A stretch of DNA of 64,000 nucleotides from a virus (lineage: Duplodnaviria; Caudoviricetes): the IMG/VR virus record IMGVR_UViG_3300026159_000398. One strand, written 5' to 3'. Positions within the stretch are counted from its first letter, which is position 1, and each line of letters opens with the position of its first letter. The position numbers and the translations under genes were made by a program. Shown here piece by piece: positions 9,966-20,188 of this stretch. A model generated the notes under the pieces. The model ran no database searches and was not told where the DNA came from. It saw only the letters and a program-made list of their open reading frames with translations.

Positions 9966-10383
9966 AAAAACCTTCTTTTGGTTTGGCGACGCAAATAATA
10001 TTAAATTTGGTCTTTAATATTGTTTTCATTTTTAAATAAACGTCTTCAATTGCATAAAAATCATCTCTGTCATAGGATTCTGCTAAGTATAATTTATTAT
10101 TAAATTTAAAAACTCCAATAGCGTTATCATATAAAAACAATTCTTTGAATCCTAGTCGTATTAGTTCACGTATTATATCATCATGCACAATTAGTGCTTT
10201 AGGGTTGCTTAACATAAATAATTTAGTTTTAGAGCCATCAACAACTGCTATTCCTCGTGCATCATTTGGAATTGTTTTAAATTCTTGCGCAGATTTAATA
10301 TCAACTAGTTGTGTTGATGGTGAATTGATGGTGTATTTGTCGCGCATAGAACTTATGACTGCTTCTAAATATGTTTTTACCAT
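9958..10383 (-). CDS. paralog 3 of the RG..LF..H..ES family
   Basis: MVKTYLEA; DARGI..KLFM..VHDDII..KFNNKLYLAESY. Confidence 0.55.
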   Translation of the reverse strand: MVKTYLEAVISSMRDKYTINSPSTQLVDIKSAQEFKTIPNDARGIAVVDGSKTKLFMLSNPKALIVHDDIIRELIRLGFKELFLYDNAIGVFKFNNKLYLAESYDRDDFYAIEDVYLKMKTILKTKFNIICVAKPKEGFYE

Positions 10384-10871
10384 GCAGCCTCCAATTCCAA
10401 TTCAAATCCACGTTTCTTCATTTTAGCTTGATATTCTTTTAACATGCCTTCTTGTTTATCATTCATTTCTTTGAGCTCTTCACTATAACTTTCAGACATC
10501 ATGAATTTGTTTGTTTTCCCGTGACGAGTAACAAGAATGAAGTCATTCATAAGAGATAATAAATCAAGATCAGGCATGTTAACATAATTAAAATATCTGA
10601 ACTTTTTTGGCAAATAACCATTCTCTACCATGACATTTATCATATCGGAATGAATTAATGTTCCACGTTTTGCTGGTTTTAATTCTTTATCTAGATTTTC
10701 CATAATAAAAAGATCACCTTTAAAAGTCATAAGACCACGAACATCAGCAGTAAAATTGCTTAAATGAGATGGATTTTTATAAATCTCTGCTACGGCTTGA
10801 TTGTCATACATTGGATAGCGTCCAAGAAGCACTTCGAGGTATTCTCTCATAAAAATTGTCCTAATTTTCAT
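10377..10871 (-). CDS. paralog 4 of the RG..LF..H..ES family
   Basis: MREYLEV; DVRGL..DLFIM..IHSDMI..MMSESY. Confidence 0.55.
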   Translation of the reverse strand: MKIRTIFMREYLEVLLGRYPMYDNQAVAEIYKNPSHLSNFTADVRGLMTFKGDLFIMENLDKELKPAKRGTLIHSDMINVMVENGYLPKKFRYFNYVNMPDLDLLSLMNDFILVTRHGKTNKFMMSESYSEELKEMNDKQEGMLKEYQAKMKKRGFELELEAAW

Positions 10872-10939
10872 CCACGGCTTAATATAATCTAATAGTATAT
10901 TAAGACTTCACGTCCAAATCTAACAAATAAAAGGCGTAT

Positions 10940-12982
10940 ATGGAAAATCCACATGATCTTATTGCTCCTCGCAGTAAATTAACCAGAGACGAAATTAAGT
11001 TGGCGCTCAAACGTGTTGACCGTCGACTCAAACTCTCTTCAACAGATACAGAAGTTGCTGGTATTCCCAACGCGTTAGTTCAATCTTTTGATGACCTCCC
11101 ATTAACTCTTTATCAAGCTGGTGAATACAACGCTCTTGGTGCAGTTACAGCAAATGAATTGCTTGGTCACTTATATCAAAAAGAAGAACTCATCGGTGAA
11201 AGACGTCTGCGTTACAGTCGTCTTAAAGAAGCACAAAATCATCCTGAAATCGTTGGTGCATTAAATATTCATGCAGACGAAGCTACCACAGAAGATGAAG
11301 ATGGAGACATTCTTCATGTTGTGCACCCAAAAGAAGAAGTAATAGAAATTCTTGAAGAGCTGTATCAACGCCTCGGCATGAAAGATAAAGCATGGCAAAT
11401 AATTCGTGATATGAGTGGCTTTGGTGATACATTCTATGAAGTTGTTGTTTCACAAAATCTCAAACGTATTCTTAAACTTATTCCTATTCCACGTGAATAT
11501 ATAAAAAGACTTGAAGAATTCGGTGACCTTAAAGGCTTTGAAATAAGCGACATTGAAATAAAAGATGCAAACTCATTGCAATATTTCTCATACTCGGTCA
11601 ATTATAACACCGAGAAAGAGGCGCAAGACAAACGACTTTATCCATTCCGAATATTACACTTCAGAATTCCATCTTCTAAATATGGAATTTATGGTGAATC
11701 TGTTATTGATTCGGTTCTCTCTTCTATAGAACAATTATCAATCATGGAAAAAGCTCTCTTGATTGCACGCGTTACTCGTGCTCCTGAGCGCCGTATTTTC
11801 AACATTAATGTTGGAACTCTTCAAGGCGACTCTGCAATTAAGTACGTCAAAGATGTCATGAACAACTTTCGCAATAAAAGAAAGTTAGATGTCTTTTCTC
11901 GTGATAAAGTCGACTGGCAAAAAGACATCTTTGGAACCGTTGAAGACATTGTTATTCCTCACCGTTCTGGAGAAGAAGGCCATAAGGTTGATGTATTGCA
12001 ACAGTTGAATAATCCTGGAGATATTGGTGATCTTGAATTCATGAGAGACAAGATCTTCCCTGGTCTTGGTATTCCTCGTCAATATTTATTCGACGACCAA
12101 TTTGCCAGCGCAAATACAAATTTATCAAGTAAATCAAAACCATTTGCTAAGAAAATACGCCGCATTCAACGTTGTTTCTTGTATCAAATGTACAAATTAG
12201 CTTACATTGAATTGAAGCTTCAAGGTTATAGTGATCGTGATTTTAAAGAACTTGTATTGTTGATGAATAACCCATCAAATATAGATGAAAAAGAAAATCT
12301 TGAAATTGAAACGACTCGTTGGGGTCTCATTTCAACAATGAAACAAAATAACGCTGAGCGTGTATTCGTTCCTGATTATGTTATTTATCGTGATGTTTTG
12401 AAACTAAGTGATGAAGAAATAGTTGAATGGATGAAGCTTGCCGAATTGCAAGCAGCTCGCAAGAATATTTTTGAGGCTCTCCCAGAAGAAGAAAGACCCG
12501 AGGGTGCTGAAGATCTTACTGGACAACAAGAACCTCAAATGGGCGGAGAAGCCGGAGGCGGTGCTCCAGGCGGAGGCGCGCCTCCTCCAGAGGGTGGCGA
12601 AGGTGCGCCTCCAGAAGAAGGAGAAGCTCCAGCGGAAGGCGAGGAAGAGGGCGTGCCAAAAGACGCTATTAAGGCACTCGGTCCACCTCCTGCAAAAGCA
12701 GAAGTTGCTGAGTATGTTCCAATATTCAAAAACAAAGAAAAGTATCTGGAAGCGAAGCAGAAGAAAGAAGCATTCCTTAAAATGATTTCTGAAAGCATGA
12801 GCGCTCAGATAATTGAAATGGAAAAAGTTCATCAAGAAGAAGTCGAAAGAAAACGCAAGAAAACAAATGTAGCGTATCAAGAGATGGAACTTGCTGGTGA
12901 ATTTGAAGGATTGGATATTATACTCAACAAAATCTATACTGAAGAAAATCAATCCAAAAGGAATAAAAAAACCCGCCAATAG
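10940..12982 (+). CDS. portal protein (T4 gp20-like) with G/P/E-rich C-terminal extension
   Basis: HPEIVGALNIHADE, YGESVID, EKALLIARVTRAPERRIFNINVG, EDIVIP motifs. Confidence 0.92.
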   Translation: MENPHDLIAPRSKLTRDEIKLALKRVDRRLKLSSTDTEVAGIPNALVQSFDDLPLTLYQAGEYNALGAVTANELLGHLYQKEELIGERRLRYSRLKEAQNHPEIVGALNIHADEATTEDEDGDILHVVHPKEEVIEILEELYQRLGMKDKAWQIIRDMSGFGDTFYEVVVSQNLKRILKLIPIPREYIKRLEEFGDLKGFEISDIEIKDANSLQYFSYSVNYNTEKEAQDKRLYPFRILHFRIPSSKYGIYGESVIDSVLSSIEQLSIMEKALLIARVTRAPERRIFNINVGTLQGDSAIKYVKDVMNNFRNKRKLDVFSRDKVDWQKDIFGTVEDIVIPHRSGEEGHKVDVLQQLNNPGDIGDLEFMRDKIFPGLGIPRQYLFDDQFASANTNLSSKSKPFAKKIRRIQRCFLYQMYKLAYIELKLQGYSDRDFKELVLLMNNPSNIDEKENLEIETTRWGLISTMKQNNAERVFVPDYVIYRDVLKLSDEEIVEWMKLAELQAARKNIFEALPEEERPEGAEDLTGQQEPQMGGEAGGGAPGGGAPPPEGGEGAPPEEGEAPAEGEEEGVPKDAIKALGPPPAKAEVAEYVPIFKNKEKYLEAKQKKEAFLKMISESMSAQIIEMEKVHQEEVERKRKKTNVAYQEMELAGEFEGLDIILNKIYTEENQSKRNKKTRQ

Positions 12983-12994
12983 TTGGCGGGTTTT
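12966..12994. terminator. bidirectional intrinsic terminator
   Basis: AAAAACCCGCCAA-TAG-TTGGCGGGTTTT between convergent genes. Confidence 0.75.
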
Positions 12995-13019
12995 AATCAC
13001 AACATGAAAATCTGCTTGC

Positions 13020-13202
13020 TTAGGAGTAGGAACCTACACTGTAGCTGGCGAGATTTTCGGATTCCAGAAAGGACATTACCTGACGTCGAGGGGTTCCGGT
13101 CAGCATGGCGATTTTGCGCGCATCCTTGATGCCTTTCTGTTTCTTCGTACCTTCATAAATCTTGAGGATACGGTTTTGGGTTGAAGCTTTGAGCATATAC
13201 AC
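13020..13202 (-). CDS. small hypothetical protein
   Basis: AGGAG SD; divergent from the terminase gene. Confidence 0.45.
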   Translation of the reverse strand: MYMLKASTQNRILKIYEGTKKQKGIKDARKIAMLTGTPRRQVMSFLESENLASYSVGSYS

Positions 13203-13307
13203 TCTCTCCTGAAGTTATTAAATTTAACAACAACAAAATTTGTTGATTGAACTATATATAATTATATATCGGGAAACATATATTCATTTAGAAAAAAGTG
13301 GGAAAAA

Positions 13308-15119
13308 ATGGCATTCCAGGCACGAAAAGATGGACTTACGGAATCACAAATTGCTGATGAACTTGATAAATTGACTAAGGTTGATGACAAATCTGGATTT
13401 CTGTATTTCCTTGAAAATTATGTCTACGTTGAGCACCCAAAGGGTTACGCTTTCTTGGGAGATGAAATATTTAATTGGCAAAAAAATGCTGCGCCGACCT
13501 TCTTATCCTCACGTTACATTATCGCGAAAAAGCGTCGTCAGGTTGGTTATTCAACTGTCGTTGGCGCTTATTGTCTCTATCGCGCTTTGTTGTTTGATTC
13601 TCAAATCATTAACGTTGTATCTATTAAGTTAAAAGATTCTACAACGTTCCTTCGCCGTACAAAATTCATCTACAATAAACTGCCCGTTTGGATGAAGCAA
13701 AAACGAATTGAAGATGCGAAGACCGTTATGGTTTTTGAACATAACGGTTCTTCAATCTCCAGTTTGCCATTGACTGATGACCCTGCTCGTGGTGATACTC
13801 TTTCATTGTTGGTTCTCGACGAATTTGCTGCAATGAGAAATGCCGCACAAGTTCTTGCTGCTGGTGTTCCTTCTCTTGCAGCTGGTGCTTTCATTCCATG
13901 GACAAGTACAACTCTTCCATCACAATTGTTCATCATTTCAACGTATCCAGAAAATCCAGTTGACAATGAGTATGTTCGTCTTTTGAATATTGCTCGTGAA
14001 GATCGTGATAGTGGTTATGCTGTAGTTGATGTCGACCCAAGTGATATTCCATATTACAACAACCCACAATGGATTAAAGAGCAAGTTGACTTGCTTGGCC
14101 ATAAGAGAGCAGCAGTTGAAATTTTTGGTGAAGAGCCAATTGATTCTGAAAATGCTCTACTTCCAGCTCACGTATTAAAAGAACTCAAAGATGTACCACC
14201 AATTCGCTGTGACTTCTTGTTGCCTGATGATATTGACGAAGAAGGTTACTACAAAGATCTTAATGTACTTGGACAAGCCGAAGATAATTTCGATGAGTCA
14301 ATCAACTATATCAAAGGACTTTGGATTTGGGAAAATCCAGACCCAAATGCAGAATATTGTATTACGTGCGACGTTGCAAAAGGTATTGGCGGTTCTGCTT
14401 CTACTTTTGTAGTGTTCAATTTGCATACGATGGAGCAAGCCGCTGAATATGAGAATGACAAAATAGATATCGAAGGTTTCAAAAAGATAATTGAGATAGT
14501 GACCAACTATTACAATAAAGCCAAACTTTCAATTGAAAATAACGGTCTTGGTATTGGTGTAGTTGCTTATTTCTCTGAAACAAAAATGTACGACAATCTT
14601 TATTATCATCGAATGGCTAAAAAGAGATATGAGCCAGGATTTCCGATGGGTGTCAATACTCGTGGTCCTTCGATTGTTCACATGCAATCAATGCTTTCCA
14701 ATAAAGAATACACCATCAAATCAATTCGCCTAATCAATCAACTTCGAAACTTTGGCTACACGAATCATGGCAAGATTAAAGCATTGGGTTCTGGAAGAGA
14801 TGACATCGTTCTGGCTCTTTGCCAATTCTCATACCTCTTGAATATTGGCTGGGCGGTTTCCCTGAAACAAACTCGAGATGAAAGACCTCTTGGCATTATT
14901 AGCAGCCAAGAAATTGAAGCGATGAATCAGAAAGAAGAAGAAGAAAGATTGTTGAGTTCAAATAAACCCAAGTCACAAGTGTTTAAATATTGGGAAGATA
15001 TGGGGATTGATTTTGATTCGTTGGATGATAGAACAAAAGAGGCCATTGAAATGATCAAGGCCTCTGGTATGTCAATATCTCGTGAAGAAATAGAAAATAT
15101 TCTGAAAGGAAATTATTGA
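13308..15119 (+). CDS. terminase large subunit (gp17-like)
   Basis: KKRRQVGYS Walker A, LLVLDEFA Walker B, CDVA/IENN/RDD nuclease motifs. Confidence 0.92.
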   Translation: MAFQARKDGLTESQIADELDKLTKVDDKSGFLYFLENYVYVEHPKGYAFLGDEIFNWQKNAAPTFLSSRYIIAKKRRQVGYSTVVGAYCLYRALLFDSQIINVVSIKLKDSTTFLRRTKFIYNKLPVWMKQKRIEDAKTVMVFEHNGSSISSLPLTDDPARGDTLSLLVLDEFAAMRNAAQVLAAGVPSLAAGAFIPWTSTTLPSQLFIISTYPENPVDNEYVRLLNIAREDRDSGYAVVDVDPSDIPYYNNPQWIKEQVDLLGHKRAAVEIFGEEPIDSENALLPAHVLKELKDVPPIRCDFLLPDDIDEEGYYKDLNVLGQAEDNFDESINYIKGLWIWENPDPNAEYCITCDVAKGIGGSASTFVVFNLHTMEQAAEYENDKIDIEGFKKIIEIVTNYYNKAKLSIENNGLGIGVVAYFSETKMYDNLYYHRMAKKRYEPGFPMGVNTRGPSIVHMQSMLSNKEYTIKSIRLINQLRNFGYTNHGKIKALGSGRDDIVLALCQFSYLLNIGWAVSLKQTRDERPLGIISSQEIEAMNQKEEEERLLSSNKPKSQVFKYWEDMGIDFDSLDDRTKEAIEMIKASGMSISREEIENILKGNY

Positions 15120-15523
15120 TCTTCATCTTCCTCATAAGAAAGTTCTTGTTGTTTGCGTTGTTGAATCTCTCTAAAGTTGACAGCACCTTTAGGAATAAGA
15201 TTTCCTGTACCGCCTTGACTAAATGTTTGAGCAATCTTTTCACGGCTCTCATTAGTCATTTGTATCTTTATGATTCCTGATACTTGCGAAATAACTTTAT
15301 CAAGCTTTGCAGAAGCCGCAAAAACCAACTTCAGAGCATCATTAACTTTGGCTTCAAGAATTCCATCTTGACTCATCTCAAAATCTTGATCAAGAACACT
15401 TTGTAATTGACTTTTCATGTCTTTATAGTTTTGAATTGCCAAATCACGATCAGCTTCATAGACGGCAAGAGCGTCTTTTAGAAGTTTTGAAAGTTCTTCA
15501 AATTTTTCATTTTGAAAGTTCAT
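15113..15523 (-). CDS. hypothetical protein
   Basis: Helical ORF in the - strand chain. Confidence 0.55.
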   Translation of the reverse strand: MNFQNEKFEELSKLLKDALAVYEADRDLAIQNYKDMKSQLQSVLDQDFEMSQDGILEAKVNDALKLVFAASAKLDKVISQVSGIIKIQMTNESREKIAQTFSQGGTGNLIPKGAVNFREIQQRKQQELSYEEDEDQ

Positions 15524-15855
15524 TTCTTTAACAACCTTTTTAAGAGTATTCCCATACCTGTCAACAAATAATAGGCTGGTTCATTTCCTTTGCAATATTC
15601 TTCCATTTGTTTTTCAAGTTGACTTTGTGGTATATAAAACCATTTACCAAATATATTTGCCGAGAAACACCATTCAACGTGATCTGTTTCATGGCAATCC
15701 CATTCTTTACATTTATCACTGTCTTGAACAACGCATTTATGTTTTTGGCACCATTCAACTTCATAGCCATAATAGAATGTTAATTTACTGGTGATTTCCA
15801 ATGTAGCATAATCATCATTGATTCCAATGCTAATCATTTTCTTCCTCCATCTCAA
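15520..15855 (-). CDS. hypothetical protein
   Basis: ORF in the - strand chain. Confidence 0.45.
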   Translation of the reverse strand: MRWRKKMISIGINDDYATLEITSKLTFYYGYEVEWCQKHKCVVQDSDKCKEWDCHETDHVEWCFSANIFGKWFYIPQSQLEKQMEEYCKGNEPAYYLLTGMGILLKRLLKK

Positions 15856-16513
15856 GTAAAACTTTAATTTCCTTCTTTAAAGAAAGCTTTTTTGCATACG
15901 AAAAGAAATTGTTGACACTCGCCGGTGAATAATTATGGGCCTTGGCAAATGCAATGAATTTCTTTTTAACAAAATCTTTACCAGAGTGAATTTGATAATA
16001 ATGGTACAATAAATCCGTCAGCTCCTCAAACTTCTTTTTACCTTCAAAGAATTTCTTGAGAGCTTCAAAAGCATCGTCAACCATCAAATTATCATTAAAG
16101 TTTTGATAATATTTTACATTCTGGTTGTTAAAAACATCATTTATATCGATCCCGATATTGCGATACAAATATTTATTTTGTTTTTTCGTATAGTTCATGA
16201 GATTTTTGGCAACAACAGTGGAAAAGAAATTGAAGATTGAACCACGATCAGGATTGAATTGTTTTTTATGGATAGAAGAAATAATAGCAAGGCGACCCTC
16301 TTGAAAGAGTTCATCAATATCGCCAAATCTCCAGAAGCGATACTTCTGGTTATAAATCATACCATAAATTAACTTATCGAAGTATTGCGCGAACAACACT
16401 GTCATGATTTGTTCGGTACGTTTTGTGTTCTCTGTCGTGCTCTCGAATATTGCCAAATACTCGTCGATCAGAACTTTCATTTTCTCCTGATCTTCGCGTG
16501 TTATGTAATGCAT
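15830..16513 (-). CDS. sigma-like transcription factor (possible late sigma, gp55-like)
   Basis: DELFQEGRLAII..FNPDRGSIFNFFSTVVAKNL resembles sigma region 2. Confidence 0.65.
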   Translation of the reverse strand: MHYITREDQEKMKVLIDEYLAIFESTTENTKRTEQIMTVLFAQYFDKLIYGMIYNQKYRFWRFGDIDELFQEGRLAIISSIHKKQFNPDRGSIFNFFSTVVAKNLMNYTKKQNKYLYRNIGIDINDVFNNQNVKYYQNFNDNLMVDDAFEALKKFFEGKKKFEELTDLLYHYYQIHSGKDFVKKKFIAFAKAHNYSPASVNNFFSYAKKLSLKKEIKVLLEMEEEND

Positions 16514-16928
16514 GATTGGTCCTCAGTGTCCCAAAGTCTTCTGTCCAATATGGGCACTTGAAGTGGCTATGCTTTCCATTGGCCACACCACGCATCAAAC
16601 AGATAGACTTTTGATTTATAGTTTTCTCGTAACAACACACTCGACACTTCTTTTCACCAAGAATAGGTGAATATTGTATTTTGATCTGTTTGGTTTGTGG
16701 CACGTTAATATTTTTAAAGTCGTAAACATAAACTGTATTATCTTTGTTATGAATTATACGTCGCAGTGGCAGAATATCTGCCAGCGAGTTTTTATTTCGA
16801 TAGTACCAAAGAGCAAAATAAATCGCTCGATGTTTGTCTACTATCAAAGAGTTCTTTGGAAAGGTCGTAAAGATCTCCCAAAGTTCGTTGCCATGTTTTA
16901 TTCTATTGATGTTCAGTGTTATTATCAT
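16374..16928 (-). CDS. hypothetical protein with Cys cluster
   Basis: ORF track; overlaps the next gene by ~140 nt. Confidence 0.45.
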   Translation of the reverse strand: MIITLNINRIKHGNELWEIFTTFPKNSLIVDKHRAIYFALWYYRNKNSLADILPLRRIIHNKDNTVYVYDFKNINVPQTKQIKIQYSPILGEKKCRVCCYEKTINQKSICLMRGVANGKHSHFKCPYWTEDFGTLRTNHALHNTRRSGENESSDRRVFGNIREHDREHKTYRTNHDSVVRAILR

Positions 16929-17836
16929 ATCATTGGTGTGAATTCCATTCTATCGATGACATTCTTCATAATTTTTGAATATTTGATTGGCATTTTTTCC
17001 ATGTACTCATTGAAGTTCAATAACTTATAACGAGCCATGTGCAATGCGTCATCCATCACATTCTCTTGGAACATTGTCATTTTCTTCATATCTGAAGAAG
17101 TGATAATTGAATTCATGATATTGTCGTAAAGAACTGTTGATTGCGGTTTGTTGCAATGTTGACAATAATAATGAACTCGACTATCGATACCAAATTGTCC
17201 GTCAAACGTTCTTGCGACCGAATAAGCCTCAAGAATTTCACTGTAGTGCATATTAAATAGAAGCACATCCAAGTAATGTTCAGGTGGAATCACAGTGTCC
17301 ATAAATTTCAGTTCTGATAATTGTGTAGAAATAAACAACGCCAACAAAAACCAGTCCTGCTCACCGTGTTCCGAATTCAAAAGAAGATTGCCAAAGAAGA
17401 TGTTGTCTTCCACCAATCTGATTCTGAACGTAAGTTCCATATTACGAGACGAATACGAGACTGTAGGCGATAATCGGCTCTGGAACTTATTCATGATATT
17501 GACATTGAACTTGTCGACATCCATGTAAATTTGATTTTCTTTTTTACAGTCTGAACACACTCCATTCAGATACACTCCTGTTCCTTCTTCTAATTCATTG
17601 ACATATAAATACATCCACAAATAAAAAAAATCTTGTGTTGCCATTTTCATAATGTGGACGTCTGAATCTGTGTATCGTCTTAAAACAGCGAGCTGATAAT
17701 CGAACACAGAGTCAAATAAATTATTGTCACTTTGGAATAACAAGAAGTCGTTCGTAATTTGTCGAACGAGAACAAACGGCGAATATAATAATCCGCCGCT
17801 TGGTAAAAATATAAGCTTTTCGAAAGAATTCTTCAT
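16925..17836 (-). CDS. baseplate hub assembly protein-like (gp26-like), paralog
   Basis: LPSGG..Y, two CxxC zinc ribbons; similar layout to the neighbouring gene. Confidence 0.55.
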   Translation of the reverse strand: MKNSFEKLIFLPSGGLLYSPFVLVRQITNDFLLFQSDNNLFDSVFDYQLAVLRRYTDSDVHIMKMATQDFFYLWMYLYVNELEEGTGVYLNGVCSDCKKENQIYMDVDKFNVNIMNKFQSRLSPTVSYSSRNMELTFRIRLVEDNIFFGNLLLNSEHGEQDWFLLALFISTQLSELKFMDTVIPPEHYLDVLLFNMHYSEILEAYSVARTFDGQFGIDSRVHYYCQHCNKPQSTVLYDNIMNSIITSSDMKKMTMFQENVMDDALHMARYKLLNFNEYMEKMPIKYSKIMKNVIDRMEFTPMI

Positions 17837-17839
17837 TGG

Positions 17840-18802
17840 TTATTTTTTAGTTTGAAGCCTGATAATTCGATCGAAGATACTTTCAATTGGAAGTTCTTTA
17901 ACAACTTCTTTGTTGTTAAGTGTACAACTCTTATTGGTGCAAAGACGAATCTTCATATCCAATTCGACTGAATAAGAACCAAATTCATTCTCGAATTTAG
18001 AGAACGCTTTGAGGTCGTCTTCGTTGAGGTTGTTGATGATTTCTTGATAATCGTCTTCAGTAATTTCACGAGCTTCTCCGTTCTCAACAACGGTACCTTC
18101 AAATTTGACGGTAACCATCTTCAGTGTTTCAATAGAAGTTGCATCCATGTAGTCGCTTGATTGTTGAATGGTTGGGTACATGACATACCAATCAATCTTT
18201 GCTCCAGGAAAACTGGTGAGCTTGATTTTATGTGGGAGAACTATTGAAGCAGGCAGGTACTTTGTTTTCAGATCTTTGACAAGATCTACCATGAAATGAT
18301 ATTCAGTACCACACTCATCACACTGAAAGACCACATCAATAGGACCATAAGTCAAATCCAATATCTTGAAAAAGATTGGCAATTTATCGATGAGGCTGAG
18401 ATCGTAGACATTGATGTTCGATTTAACGCAACTTGCAATGACAGCGTCCATGGTCGTGTTGATTGCTTTGAAGTTGTTATTGGAAAGCAATTGGTAGAAA
18501 AGACTTTCTTCTGCAGCACCCATACGACGAACATAGATTTCGTTATTTGGAACACTGATGAATTTGTTTCCGCTGACCAATTTCATTGGCTTGGGGTCTG
18601 GTTCAAATACAGAAGATTTTGGTTTTAAGTCACCAGCTACAGCGGCCTTAGGTTTTGGTTTTTGTTGTGGTTGAACTTCTTCTTTTTCTGCCATCTCTTC
18701 AGCAGTCATGCCATCAGTAGCTTTACTTCTTTTAAGTTGTTCGATTTCCTCAAGCGATGGGTTACGAATTACTCGAGCTTTACCGTTTTTTTCTTCGGCC
18801 AT
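17840..18802 (-). CDS. baseplate hub assembly protein-like (gp26-like)
   Basis: VRRMGAAEE..DLSLIDKLPIFFKI..TYG..CDEC..YPT pattern. Confidence 0.6.
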   Translation of the reverse strand: MAEEKNGKARVIRNPSLEEIEQLKRSKATDGMTAEEMAEKEEVQPQQKPKPKAAVAGDLKPKSSVFEPDPKPMKLVSGNKFISVPNNEIYVRRMGAAEESLFYQLLSNNNFKAINTTMDAVIASCVKSNINVYDLSLIDKLPIFFKILDLTYGPIDVVFQCDECGTEYHFMVDLVKDLKTKYLPASIVLPHKIKLTSFPGAKIDWYVMYPTIQQSSDYMDATSIETLKMVTVKFEGTVVENGEAREITEDDYQEIINNLNEDDLKAFSKFENEFGSYSVELDMKIRLCTNKSCTLNNKEVVKELPIESIFDRIIRLQTKK

Positions 18803-18950
18803 TTATTTTACTCCTATTGGATTCTCATAGAATTATATTCCAGAACTCGAAAAAAAATTAAAAAAAGTCACCAATTTTGGAATATAATTTAATAGGGCAA
18901 TCCCACCATAAAAGTTGGAACACCTGGTCAATCTCACTTAATATAATTTC

Positions 18951-19562
18951 ATGAAACAATTAGATCATTATCTTTTAGCGGTTCTTGAAGCAAAGCAAAT
19001 GAGCTCATTGAATGCTTTAATAGCTAAGATTAACTCTGGAAAGCCTGTGTATATTTTACTATCTGGTGGATTTGGCGCAGGCAAATCTCATGTAATCGAG
19101 AAAGTCCTTGGTATTCCTAAAACTGACATCGTAGATATCGATGAGATTAAAGTGTCACAGAATCTTAGTGTGCCAAAAGCAATCAATGAAATGAGAAAAA
19201 TTCTGCAAGAGCGCATGACAAAGAAGCAAAACATCATTCAACAAGGAACCAGCGCCAATCTGCAATTAACTAAAAATAAAATTATCCTTGCCAAAAAAGC
19301 TGGTTATGTGACTATTTTGTTTCGAATCGAACGTGATGTTGATGAGCAAGTTACCTCTTTATTTAAAAGAGGTGAAGAGACTGGTCGTGGTTATGAAAAG
19401 GACGATCCTTCGAAGCCAATGGAAGAGCGCATTAAAGCAGCAAAAAGTACTGTTGAATTTAAAAATCAAAAATCTCTTGAGGTTTTTGAAGCATTGAAAG
19501 ATTTGCCAGAATTGGATTATGTTCTCACATATAATACGACCACTGGTAAGGTAAGTGTATGA
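18951..19562 (+). CDS. P-loop kinase (zeta-toxin/AAA_33-like)
   Basis: ILLSGGFGAGKS Walker A followed by DID. Confidence 0.75.
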   Translation: MKQLDHYLLAVLEAKQMSSLNALIAKINSGKPVYILLSGGFGAGKSHVIEKVLGIPKTDIVDIDEIKVSQNLSVPKAINEMRKILQERMTKKQNIIQQGTSANLQLTKNKIILAKKAGYVTILFRIERDVDEQVTSLFKRGEETGRGYEKDDPSKPMEERIKAAKSTVEFKNQKSLEVFEALKDLPELDYVLTYNTTTGKVSV

Positions 19563-20188
19563 GTCAACCATCTAATTTTTTAGGTAAAAAACATTCTGAA
19601 GAATCAAAAAAGAAATTGAGTGATTCACATCTAGGAAAGATTCCATGGAATAAAGATAAAAAGTGGTCAGAAAATACAAAAAATAAAATAAGTAAAGCTT
19701 GTGAAGGCCGCATACCATGGAACAAAGGATTAAAAGGAGTACAAAAACATTCTAAGGCCACTAAATTAAAAATGAGTAAAATACATACTGGCCAAAAGCA
19801 CACAATCCAATCAAAACAAAAAATAAGTGAATCTTGGACTCCACGAATGATAGGAAGAGGCATAAAAGGACATCATAATGGAATTTATTATGATTCATCT
19901 TATGAGCTTCATTTCATGCAATTACTTGATGAATATAAAATTCCTTATGAAAGAGCAGATAATAAGAAATTTAGAGTGAAATATACTTTTGAAAACCAAG
20001 AAAGATTTTATTATCCTGATTTTTATTTACCAAGAGAAGGAAGTATTGTTGAAATTAAATCTTCATTTGGTTTAAATAATTTAGTAGTCCAATTAAAATT
20101 AGAAGCAGCTCAAAAACAGTACGGAACAAAGTTTATTGTTATAACAGAACAAGAAATTCCAGAATTAAAAAATAATCATTATGTTTAA
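19559..20188 (+). CDS. homing endonuclease, NUMOD3 repeats + PD-(D/E)xK domain
   Basis: HSEESKKKLS repeats; DSSYE..YYPDFYLP..IVEIK. Confidence 0.8.
   Translation: MSQPSNFLGKKHSEESKKKLSDSHLGKIPWNKDKKWSENTKNKISKACEGRIPWNKGLKGVQKHSKATKLKMSKIHTGQKHTIQSKQKISESWTPRMIGRGIKGHHNGIYYDSSYELHFMQLLDEYKIPYERADNKKFRVKYTFENQERFYYPDFYLPREGSIVEIKSSFGLNNLVVQLKLEAAQKQYGTKFIVITEQEIPELKNNHYV

Noticed and set aside
12535-12700. GC-rich repeat-like tract in the portal gene
   Set aside because: Encodes a low-complexity G/P/E/A linker; not a mobile element.
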